A DNA stretch of 55,630 bases, the filler included, from Jimgerdemannia flammicorona (Eukaryota): the NCBI GenBank assembly GCA_003990765.1. It is 2 parts of 2 records of this genome, joined end to end, with 100 filler letters (N's around TTAATTAATTAA, not from the genome) between each part and the next. Parts side by side here need not be neighbours in the genome. Positions count along the whole stretch, not along the records: positions 1 to 27,768 come from RBNJ01000604.1; 1 more part is not named here. The stretch is one strand, 5' to 3'. The notes beneath the pieces are model-generated. The model did not search any database. It was not told where the DNA came from and was given only the letters and a program-made list of their open reading frames with translations. Position numbers and translations under genes: made by a program. Shown piece after piece: positions 11,501 through 20,029 of this stretch (its first letter is position 1; each line of letters begins with the position of its first letter).

Positions 11501-12919
11501 TCCGGCTTGTCTTCTTGGTGTCGGCATTTTCGGAATGTTTCTTCCGTTATTGTTTGGCAGCCTTGGTGGTTCTCCTCCGGCGCCTGCCATTCTTCTCCTA
11601 TCGCTGGCCTGAGCTGGTCTTGTCAATCTTGCTAGGGCTCGGTCCAGCTCGCTTTGCGTATCCTTTGTGCCTTCCACATTCCTTAGTAGCTCGAAGTTTT
11701 TGTTTTCTCTTCGTGCTCTTTCTCTGCTTGCAGCTATTTGTTGTGCTGCGTTTTCATCCAATCTTTGTCGGACTCTTCCTGCCGGGAGCGCGTTTCGGCT
11801 TGCTTCTGGTGTTACTTGCAGGAATGGGTTTGGCTGTTCTCGCACCGTTCGGATAACTGTAGGCTGTCCCATGATTTGGGCCCATGGTTGCTGTCTTTGA
11901 TCGTTTATCCGTTGTATCGTTTGTGCGATTACTCCAGGATTTGCGCTTCTCCTTTGTCCGACTCTTGCTGTTGCCGCTATCAATTCATCTGTTGTTGTGA
12001 TCTTCGTAGGTTTGGCTGTTGATCCTGAACCTTGGGGTCCCTTCGGCTGTTCGAGGTCGAAATATTCCTTTGGGATCGATTCTGCTCCAAACCATTCTCC
12101 ATTTTTCTTCTTGATGAATGCTGTCATCCTTTTCGTATTATTGATTTTGTCTTCCGGCCACTCGAATTTCTTCAGTATGTAGTCGAAGAAATTGTTCTGT
12201 ACTGAGGTTACTGAGATCCCTCCGTACTGTGATATTTCCAATGCGATGTTTAGGTCCGTATCTCGGAAATGTCCTCCTAGGTGGTTGGCCACAAATATCA
12301 TGAAGTCGTGTCTGACCGGCTTCCTTTTGAGTACTTGTCTGCACTTCAGATATCCTTCTTCCAGGAAATTTGCGATTTGTGCTGACAGTTCCTTGTATTT
12401 TTCTCCGTTTCCGTAGTTCTTTTTCCAGAAGGAGTACCAACGAGATCTTCCTTCTTGTGTACGAGTTTCCATGGTTCGTTCACTTGTTGCCAGTTCTCCG
12501 TCTGATTCATGGGTCGGGACTGGTTCTCCATGGATGGTTTCGTTCATTTCTTCAAGTCTTGCGCGGATCAGCGCTGGGTCTTCCAGTTTTGGTTCTTCTG
12601 GAATTTCGATTGGTCCTGAAGGCCAGAAGTCTTCGGCTTCTTCTTCTTCTAGGACTTCGATTCTTGGTCTGGCTGAAGTTCGGGTAGTCATCGAGGGTGA
12701 CCTCCTTGAGTCGCTTGATCGCTGAGAGTGTTCACGGGCACTCCTCCGACTGCGGCGGCTTCGTACTTCTTCTTCCAGCTCTTGTATGCGTGCTTGTTGT
12801 TGGCGAACGATTTGTTCCATTCGCTGGTCTGTGTTCGGTGCCAGCTGTGTGCTTGCCGATACCGTGTTGTTACTCTCATCATTGAGAATGCGGTAGATGA
12901 CTCTTCCGTGTTGGGACAT
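8564..12919 (-). CDS. gag: Gag-protease polyprotein (1451 aa)
   Basis: N-terminal coiled coil; retrotransposon capsid-like segment IKPFTGNPMEVPAFI; basic patch RKKRRFFKTGRTKR; retropepsin AKVDTAADENVIS...FLLGNKFL (catalytic Asp codon at 9769-9767). No CCHC knuckle is visible. Confidence 0.85.
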   Translation of the reverse strand: MSQHGRVIYRILNDESNNTVSASTQLAPNTDQRMEQIVRQQQARIQELEEEVRSRRSRRSAREHSQRSSDSRRSPSMTTRTSARPRIEVLEEEEAEDFWPSGPIEIPEEPKLEDPALIRARLEEMNETIHGEPVPTHESDGELATSERTMETRTQEGRSRWYSFWKKNYGNGEKYKELSAQIANFLEEGYLKCRQVLKRKPVRHDFMIFVANHLGGHFRDTDLNIALEISQYGGISVTSVQNNFFDYILKKFEWPEDKINNTKRMTAFIKKKNGEWFGAESIPKEYFDLEQPKGPQGSGSTAKPTKITTTDELIAATARVGQRRSANPGVIAQTIQRINDQRQQPWAQIMGQPTVIRTVREQPNPFLQVTPEASRNALPAGRVRQRLDENAAQQIAASRERARRENKNFELLRNVEGTKDTQSELDRALARLTRPAQASDRRRMAGAGGEPPRLPNNNGRNIPKMPTPRRQAGWAWELPDMPTEAEAFHLAGDCWVLSDSTEDPNGGTNYPRDDIYLRFLDLILRTMMAYQGQQGIGGVPGLPNDWKTGGLIGSQWAMEYGWSLYDVTYGINRPRQSRPTPISVSWPDRLYNDYKHDAPKFVIFLQSAMRKYVVKSSWGNLSDEDLKIFGAAILQYYENQDDHDTNPEHPPHNPPPPEEPVEAEGPVNLTLPGSIKIFDNIKPFTGNPMEVPAFIGQVDLAYVAAGYLVNYWADPKNPNEPVKSYSYRLVAAVGSRFQELAQEWLINDVLSKPMTDHSKPLSWMSYTDQQGERKGLRLLIHEKFFGAEQVTIIREELYNFPRSNAQSIHDMQHFNTQLELRMRIASLTDDTFTTQEKFILGKMPEWLPYHYRQNQMLTATPATTAQQVLDVCLNIFKGKFVAAVQEGTIKTNYNKGYWSRTRYPRSGPAAEEIQQEMPVEAFRRDRGGRRPMDIDDPQEDKPFHRKGTRKVEFRKKRRFFKTGRTKRVGRKTYEIEVDSEGEEERLGEEIQELHDEPSSEEDWEYQSDQEIEVIEQAPEVELLGKRTATGPIGQIWVTLKRNQETFKAKVDTAADENVISEEILERLQLRDQLQPEYRRFLGAGGTPIGVLGRIHQVKFKVGEQNYQINLTVLKGAGSASFLLGNKFLQENGWDILYSEKKILRKGVEIPASFAESRANIQEYQGKNTNRKTTRTSPKPKAENISQDLGNQLSLTPIGEYWERDEDKGCWNIPVNVQPLEEDSSLQPVTTRRKTQTRQTQLPASYQQAAPPLPATPRNQALRQGNPWNQVALAHSNPDKDGLYWDGRIRKADGTGQNCLITINLAASRTTVGSALAGASWKKVALKGIEGWKLRLNNGEIDRSNKMTMIVVGGIDFVENHLEIISPTNGRTGIKFRAPEARPWHRQSKSKVEVEETGEYVAQEREGTLRTEYPTKETVVEKDKEQYRRNWEEIPEREPGLQRHLTFKPSFQ

Positions 12920-12963
12920 GTCGTTGGCTTCGTTTGATGAAGTTGTGAGTTCTTGAGTGTTGT

Positions 12964-13261
12964 TGTTAACCGTTAAACCTTTGATCCTCCGGACCGATTC
13001 AATTCAGTATCTCGCGGCTAGGCCAGGGGTAAGTCTTATGCGTCCACTGAAAATTGACTCTTGAAGTCTCGAGGCTAAGCTTTAAGTACACCGTAAAATA
13101 GGGCTTCGGAGAAGGTTCCCGTATTTTTTCAGTGTAAGCGTAAAAGCTATTGTGGGGTTTATTGGGTTTGTAAAAGGGTGAGGAATTCGAGTTCCAATAC
13201 ACCTGGTATTTATACATTTGTTAGACCTCTTGGTCCTTACTATTTGCAAGCGGTGTTAACA
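12964..13261 (-). promoter_or_regulatory. Single LTR-like promoter/polyadenylation region of the retroelement
   Basis: Minus strand reads: purine-rich tract (about 13312-13265), TGTTAACA (13261-13254), TATAAAT (13214-13208), AATAAA (13163-13158), GTTAACA (12970-12964), then the gag ATG at 12919. Only one copy is present. Confidence 0.55.
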
Positions 13262-13329
13262 AATTTCGCCTATTCCTCCTCTGCTTGTGACTTTCTTTTC
13301 ATCCTAATCCCCAGCGAAAAGCGAGTCAC

Positions 13330-13590
13330 TTATACCGATTCCCCACTTCCCCAGACGCTCGATCCCCAATCATTTGGGTCATCTGAGGGTACCTGTAGGA
13401 CTTGTTGCTGCTCTTCTTCTGACGGCATTCCGCCTGTTCCGTTGATCATGAGATTCCAATATAGCTCTTGCTGACTAATTAGCTTCCTCAGCGTTTCGAT
13501 CTCATGCGCTGCAACCCTTGTTATCATACTTGCCGATAAGCCTTTCACCTGGCTTATGAAGTCTTCGCCCATTCCTTCTAGCAGTCGGTA
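13330..13590 (-). CDS. Displaced C-terminal 86 codons of the Pol polyprotein (YRLLEGMGEDFISQV...GSGESV*)
   Basis: The open frame begins at the right junction repeat and has the same composition as the element. It continues ...KAKIKQT in frame if the circle junction is GTACGT. Confidence 0.7.
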   Translation of the reverse strand, partial: YRLLEGMGEDFISQVKGLSASMITRVAAHEIETLRKLISQQELYWNLMINGTGGMPSEEEQQQVLQVPSDDPNDWGSSVWGSGESV

Positions 13591-15048
13591 TATACGTATC
13601 GGGTGGTCGCAGGGTGGGAAAGTACGGCCATAGCCGTGCTGCTGCAGAAAGGTGCGAGGTAAAAAATTCTCACATTTGGGAGTTTGTGAAGGCGGTTAGG
13701 TAACTTAGTAAATACAATGGATGAAAGCGGGAAAATCAAAACACTATATATATATATTTTTTTAACATAAATATTTTTAATAAATCAATGCGATACTTTG
13801 TTTCTATCATTCACGGCCAGCACCCGCGCATGGACATGCATCGGCACTCGTATATAGAACACCTTATTCATGTTTGGCCTTCGAGCTACAGCATTAAGTT
13901 CAACACAGGAAAACCCGGTGCGAAGGATGGGTTCAAAAGAGACGGGCAGAGTTCGGGTTGGGAAGTGCGGCGATTGTCCTATATTCGTGTACACTGTTAT
14001 AGGTATATATATATTCTTTTCACAATTGCTGATTTATTTCCACGACGTTTACATCTCAACGGTCAAGCAAAATTTCCATTCATGGACGTTTTTAACGTTC
14101 AACACTGTGTTATTGGGAATATCGCAAATGCGCGCAGAACTCTGTTGTTTAGATGGCTTCCATCTACATTTCTGACTAGTCGTTGTACTTTAGGCTGTGA
14201 AGCCGTTAACAAAAGAATCGCTTTGTCAAAGTGTGGGCGATATCGTAGGAAACGGTTTCTTGGGATCTTTGACATGGTTTGTGCTTTGCAAGATACATAC
14301 GCTCAAGTGAGAATGACACATTTCAAGCGGAACTTGTTCCGTCTGGGTTTCGAACGAAAGATTGGACAATCCGCGGCCAAAACTCGTGAAATGGAAGTCC
14401 TGAAATTACTTGTCATTCCAAAGCTTTAAAAATATATGGTCTGATTCAAAACGGCAATTAGTGCCCACACTTAGCTTTTTGAGTGTGCCGTAAATTTAAC
14501 GACATAATTAAAATGTACTGGTAAGGGTCGTTAACGAAAATAATTATGTGTCATCCAACTTGACTTTCCTTGTGAATCAGATAATTTATTTTTGTTCACA
14601 GAAACTTGCTTAGTTAGATATATATACATTTAAGCTTAATCTTTTTTGAAAATAGCTCTAATACACAATGAACCATTAAGAGGCAAATTGCAGCGAGTGA
14701 AATTTTGTAACGAGCCTCTATAGCTATAATGCTGGTTGAGTGGAAATTACATTTCTGATCTTAGCGTGGCGCGAATTCCCCACATGGCTTAAGACCATGA
14801 TAGCCTATGCCTCAAATAGTATATACTATTCAGGGTTATTCATATAACTCTATCTTATATGGGGCGTGCTGCAACAAAACCAGACAAAGTGAACTTCTGA
14901 CGTTACTCGGGTGCTAGGCTTAAAGATTTTTCTTTCGCTCACCCCTTCCCGCAACCTTTCAATTATTCAATACCCATCATACATGATAATCACAACAAGC
15001 AAGCTGAAATATAACCCAAAATTCTTTCTTTATTATTATCTCTTGCTG

Positions 15049-15081
<33 letters not shown>

Positions 15082-15117
15082 TAAAACTTCTTTAAATAAC
15101 ATAGTTTTAAAAAAATC

Positions 15118-16757
15118 ATGACCAAAAAAGAATGTTTTAATTGTAAAAATACCAAAGAAGGATTAACTATCAACTGATAAGATCAAGAAGAAAAAGAAAG
15201 AATTGAGTTTTGTTGTTGAGGATGTGCTTAAACTCTCCTGCAACAAGAGTTAGATAACAACACCAATAAAGATTGAGAAAGAAATAAAATAAAGCTCTTC
15301 TGTGAAGCCCTGGAAAAATGTAAAAAAAGGGAGAGTTTTGATTGACCTTTTTGGTATAGAAATATAAGGCAATATGGTAGTGGCAGATGAGATAGAGTTA
15401 CTACAAATTGTCCCCAATGTTGAATCATATTAGATTGAGACGTTACTGCTTATGAAGATAGTCAAGAATATAAATGTTTTCAGTGCCATAATTGTCAAAA
15501 GCAAATTGAAAAGAATCAACAAGATCAGCACTTCATCTGAAATTTAGATAACTCTCCAAATTATAAGTGCCAGAAGAGTGAAGATAGAGATGAGAAAGTT
15601 TGCCATATGTGTGATAACATAGAAGTGCATAAAAAGGGCATGTATAAGTGTTGAGTTTCTGATTTTGGAGGGAGTGTTTTTTCTGGTTCAATTTTAAGAC
15701 CAAATACTAAAGCTCATATATCATTATGCACCAAATGTCATGCTAAAAACTTGCAAAGATCAAATTGAAAAAATAGATAAAGTGTATAAACCAGCAGATT
15801 ATCGAATTAGTATCTCAGTTGGAAAACTAGGTGGTGAGAATTCACCCCACTTCTATATGTGAATAGTTCCAAAATATAAAGAGAACTGAGGCACCATAGG
15901 ATCAAGTAGTAGTTACCATCCAGCCATCCCTGAACAAATAGAAATATCCAAAGAAGCCTTTCAACTCAATACTGACAATATCATTGCAAAGAGGGACAAA
16001 ATAATTGCTCACTTATACAATGATAAATACTTGAGATATATGTATCACTATCTCTACTAAAAAGCATCTTCCTAATGATATCAAATCAATAGATTCTGAA
16101 ATTTGATCTGAAATAGGCAAAATTTTGCAAGAGTTAATGGCAAAATTTGAAGACAAATTAGAATACTATGATTTTACCATAAGATGCCAACTAGGAGAAA
16201 AGGCTGAATGAATGTGAAAAAAAGAAAAATGAGGAGAAAATGTTCCCAATCATGATAAAGTTTATAGCAAATCAGAATTTACTATTAATCTAGTTTCCAA
16301 ATTTAAACTACAAAAATGATGAAGACAATATAGACCAATTAAAAACAACTAATTTGATGGCATGATGGAAAATGAAAGAATAGCAGAAAAAATAAGAGAT
16401 CCTGAAACTTATTATGCTATCTGAAAAGGAGATAAAGATTATTTAAAACAAAAAGAAGAAGCCTGGAAGTTGTGAAAGGAAAAGAACTCCCAGACAGAGA
16501 AAGAGAGAGAAAGAGAAGCTTCTAAATTAATAATCTGAAAAGAAATCAAAGATTTAGAAAGGATTACTAATCAAACTGAAGAGTAAGAAAAACAACTACA
16601 AAGTAAAAGAGCAGAATTAGCTAGACTAGAAGTCCAAATAGCTAGTGAAAAACAATTTAATTAAACTTCTTGAATTGGATTAGGAATAACTTTCACTATT
16701 ATTGTTGGAATATCTATTTACTTATTAGTTAAAGGGAAAGTTAGAGAAGAGAAATAA
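15118..16757 (+). pseudogene. Mollicutes-like (genetic code 4) gene remnant: Cys-rich N-terminus, HIT-like domain(s), coiled coil, C-terminal TM anchor
   Basis: ATG at 15118. About 20 in-frame TGA at Trp-like positions versus 2 TGG, no in-frame TAG, a few TAA and about 3 frameshifts. HIT-like YKPADYRISISVGKLGGENSPHFYMxIVPKY; ends WIGLGITFTIIVGISIYLLVKGKVREEK*. AT-rich and intronless. Confidence 0.75.
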
Positions 16758-16766
16758 AGTTAATTA

Positions 16767-18520
16767 TTACTCAATGACATTTAATACTGGCTTGGGACAA
16801 GTAATATCTTTAAATTCATCTCGAACAAAGGGACAAATATTATGATAGAAGTACTTCTGGCATTTCAATTCCATAGGAACAGGCTTAAGCACTGGAAATG
16901 ACAAAGCTTTGATTTTTTCTATAGGTCGAGAAATTGCAGATTTAGTCTTCAATAACTTGAATTCCTGGAAAGGACCATTTGCAATTGCTTGGGCTTTGAT
17001 TATCCCAGGATTAGCACTGGTGAAAAGAAAGTACTGAAACTTTTATAGGCCAGGTAATTTTTTAAAGTAAGTTTCTAGGCCACTTATAATATCATAATAT
17101 TAAAAACCTTTATCACTACTATAACATCAAGCTTTGTTTAATCCAATAATGCTAGATCTTTTTACTATGTTAATGATGTGATCTACACAATCTACTATGG
17201 TTTTATGATAAAGCCTTTTGATCAGTCTAAAACTACCATCACATTTGAATTTAGTATAACCCAGAACCATGAAGTTCAATTCAATACTTTTGTAATAACT
17301 ACAAATCACCAAATACAAGTAAAATCAAAGAGTGGTATTGTTTTTATTTTGTCTACCCACATTGTCACAAGTGATTTTTAAGTGCTTTTCACCTTTATTC
17401 AACTGCTTAATCTCATCAAAGACCAGACTAAGTATATCATTTGGATCTTTCCCAAGGAGTTCATTCTCATCTAGCACATAATTAATTTGCTCATAGACTG
17501 CTTCATCTTGGATACCAAATAAGTGCACTTTGCAAGCACTAAGATAATACACCTTGCCAATCTGTTGATCTGAATGAGGTACATGGACATTTTGAGCTCA
17601 ATCATAACTATAATGGGCCACCATATCAATGCTGCAGTATGGTGCTTTGTCTTTCAGTACAGAATAATTTTGGTTGATAAGTTTTCTTTGCTCTTCTGCC
17701 AACTTGGTATTTTTGTTATAATAATTTCTCTCTAGTTTGGCTTTGGCCAGATGCTCTTTATATTTTTTTAATAAATCTTGAGCCTCTTCCTCTTTATGAG
17801 CTTTAAACTGTAAGTTATTTTGCAAATGCTGGCAAGTATTGCATAAATCAGTCCTCAGACTCATGATGTGAATATACAGAGTTAACTGGTGCTATAATTT
17901 GCAGAATGCATCATACTTGAGATTATGCAATTTATTATTATCCTTCAGACCAGCTAAAAAATCCTGGTGAACAGACCTGTAGCTCATTTCTGCCAGTAGA
18001 AAGATAATTGATAGAGTGACTCGATTAATATTTCTTACTGAGCTAGGTAAGCCATGAACTTTGGTATAATTTAGTAAAATATTCTTGACAGTAGTAGCAA
18101 CATCAATATTGATAACCATCCTGGATTTTCACCATGGCATTCTTTTTACATTACCATGGATCTACAGTAGAAGACCATTCTTTAACAAATGATTTCAAAT
18201 GTTTTCAAAATAATTATGGCCAATGCCAAGCATATTGAGGTAAGTTTTTTGGCAAATTGGAGTGCTACGATTTCAGCAGTAGACAGTTCTCTTATTGATA
18301 CGAGCTTTCTTTTTAAGACGACAGCTAGTATTGGTCACTCCTCCATCTATAGTCTTGAGTTGGGCCATTAAAAAGATGTCTTGTTTGGGTTTTGTTAGTG
18401 CTTGAAAATCTTCCTGCAGTTTAGCAAATTCTTCCTTAGGTAACTTAGGTGAGCAACTGCAACCACATCCTACTCCCAGGAAATAGAGAGCTTTTTTGTA
18501 TTCATTCATAATTATGTCAT
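16767..18520 (-). pseudogene. Degraded DDD-type transposase (Sola-like)
   Basis: Co-linear fragments carry TDLCNTCQ, HYSYD*AQNV, YYLSACKVHLFGI, CDNVGRQNKN (cf. DNCxGQNKN) and FMVLGYTKFKCDGSF (cf. GHTxxxCDxxF), with many stops. Confidence 0.75.
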
Positions 18521-18718
18521 CTACCATATATATATATTTTATATATATTACACACAGTTTGTCTGGTTTTGTTAAATTTCTTTTCAGCATATATTAAAAT
18601 ATATAGGAATACCCCTATATATATGCCCATACAATCTTTTCTAACACTTTCATTTTTTCCTCGATTTTTTGGAAGTTTCTGGTAATTCTCATTTCTTAGA
18701 ATTTAATTCCTGCTGACT

Positions 18719-18958
18719 TCATCCAGAATTATCTTCATAAGATGGATTTATGCTTCTATTAGAATTGACATCTAATTGTTGGTAAATTTCATAGGTGATT
18801 CTCTCTTTATCTAAATACTCTTTGACAATTTTGGTATCTGTTATTTTGAAGACATAAGGAGCAATTTTTTCACCTTGTTCTCTTTTCAAGATGCTTCTGA
18901 TGGTACTGTAATCTTTAGGTTCCATAGTGGACTTGATGTAAATTAGTTTCATATTCAT
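18719..18958 (-). CDS. Small hypothetical ORF upstream of the transposase remnant
   Basis: Protein-like composition (MEPKDYSTIRSILKREQGEKIAPYVFKITD...), same strand and same AT-rich block as the transposase. No function recognised. Confidence 0.3.
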   Translation of the reverse strand: MNMKLIYIKSTMEPKDYSTIRSILKREQGEKIAPYVFKITDTKIVKEYLDKERITYEIYQQLDVNSNRSINPSYEDNSG

Positions 18959-20029
18959 AATTTTTTATACAGTGATAGTCCTATATATTCGATGCGGGAG
19001 GTCATATACCACATTTTTGAATGATTGCATCATAGCCATTATCTTACGTGACCTCTTTTTGTGCAACTCTTGTCCATGCGCTCCAAAATCCGTGCCTCTC
19101 CTTCCTATATTTCTATCGATCTGTTTGCTTTGAAATCTCTCCTGAAGTCTCTGTTTTATTTTATTTTTTACAGTTAAGAAACCTTCAGCAGAACCAGATG
19201 TAAAAGTTCTTGACTGGTGGCATTATCCGAATCTGTCTTGAATGGCTCGCCAATTATTATCTGGGTTAGACCCAATAACCCGACCCTCTGCTGAGCGACA
19301 TTTATGTAACAATGGACAAGTTGCACAATGTCAACATAATGCATTCAGACCGATTCAGACAAAGGGCACTCCATTTTTTTCTTCCATTGAGAGTACGCAT
19401 TGTGTGGGCCAATTTTTTTTTGGGGGGGGTGTGTGTATGGCAATGTTTAGAAAACTAACACATAAAACAAATGTCTTGAACAACAATGAAACTTTTAATA
19501 ACCAATAGGTTTTGTATTCTGGCTCGTTATATTTATCTTCCATTGGCAGTGTGCAAACAAGTTCTCGTCATAGAGTATTTCTTTCCTTGGCTTGTGTGAG
19601 TCATGTGGGAATCCGGTTCCCGAATTGTACTGATCCGATAAAGTCTAATTTGCATAGTCTAACTTCCTTTTGAAGTGCCCAGTGAAGCAGCTTCCTAATA
19701 ACGAGTTTGTTCCAGTGGACAGTAAGGTAAGAAACATAGTAGTAAAGTTATTCGTCACTCTCAAGGACTTTGCCTTCCTCGAGTCCTTTCAAATCTCAAA
19801 CTTTAACAAGATTTATTTTCTCTCAGATTCAGTATCAGTGATATGCGAATATGGTCTCTTGCGCTGATTGTGGTTACTCTGAACTGGCCTGTCACCCCCC
19901 CTTTATATTATAGGAATTTTTCATTGTCCTGTCTATCCTTCTCTGTCCTACTCTCTTTCTCCTGCTCGGATTCTTTGGTGGATAGCCTTCACAATTCTAG
20001 CCATTTCCACACTGCCTGAGGACAATTAC

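Larger units (their letters stand above)
4475..13597 (-). mobile_element. Intact integrase-less, circularly permuted Ty3/gypsy- or pararetrovirus-like retroelement (about 9.1 kb)
   Basis: Two long uninterrupted ORFs (Gag-PR; RT-RH-PHD), an A-rich coding strand and retained CpGs. GTATATACGT is present at both junctions (4475-4484 and 13588-13597). The pol C-terminus lies at 13330-13590. Confidence 0.85.

Noticed and set aside
4447..12937. Many plus-strand and alternative-frame ORFs overlapping gag and pol, considered as a possible hidden recombinase or integrase
   Set aside because: They have shadow-ORF composition, and no RHRY or DDE motifs were seen.
13788..14429. 213-aa plus-strand ORF next to the element
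   Set aside because: It lies outside the junction, crosses TA-rich low-complexity sequence and has no recognisable motif.
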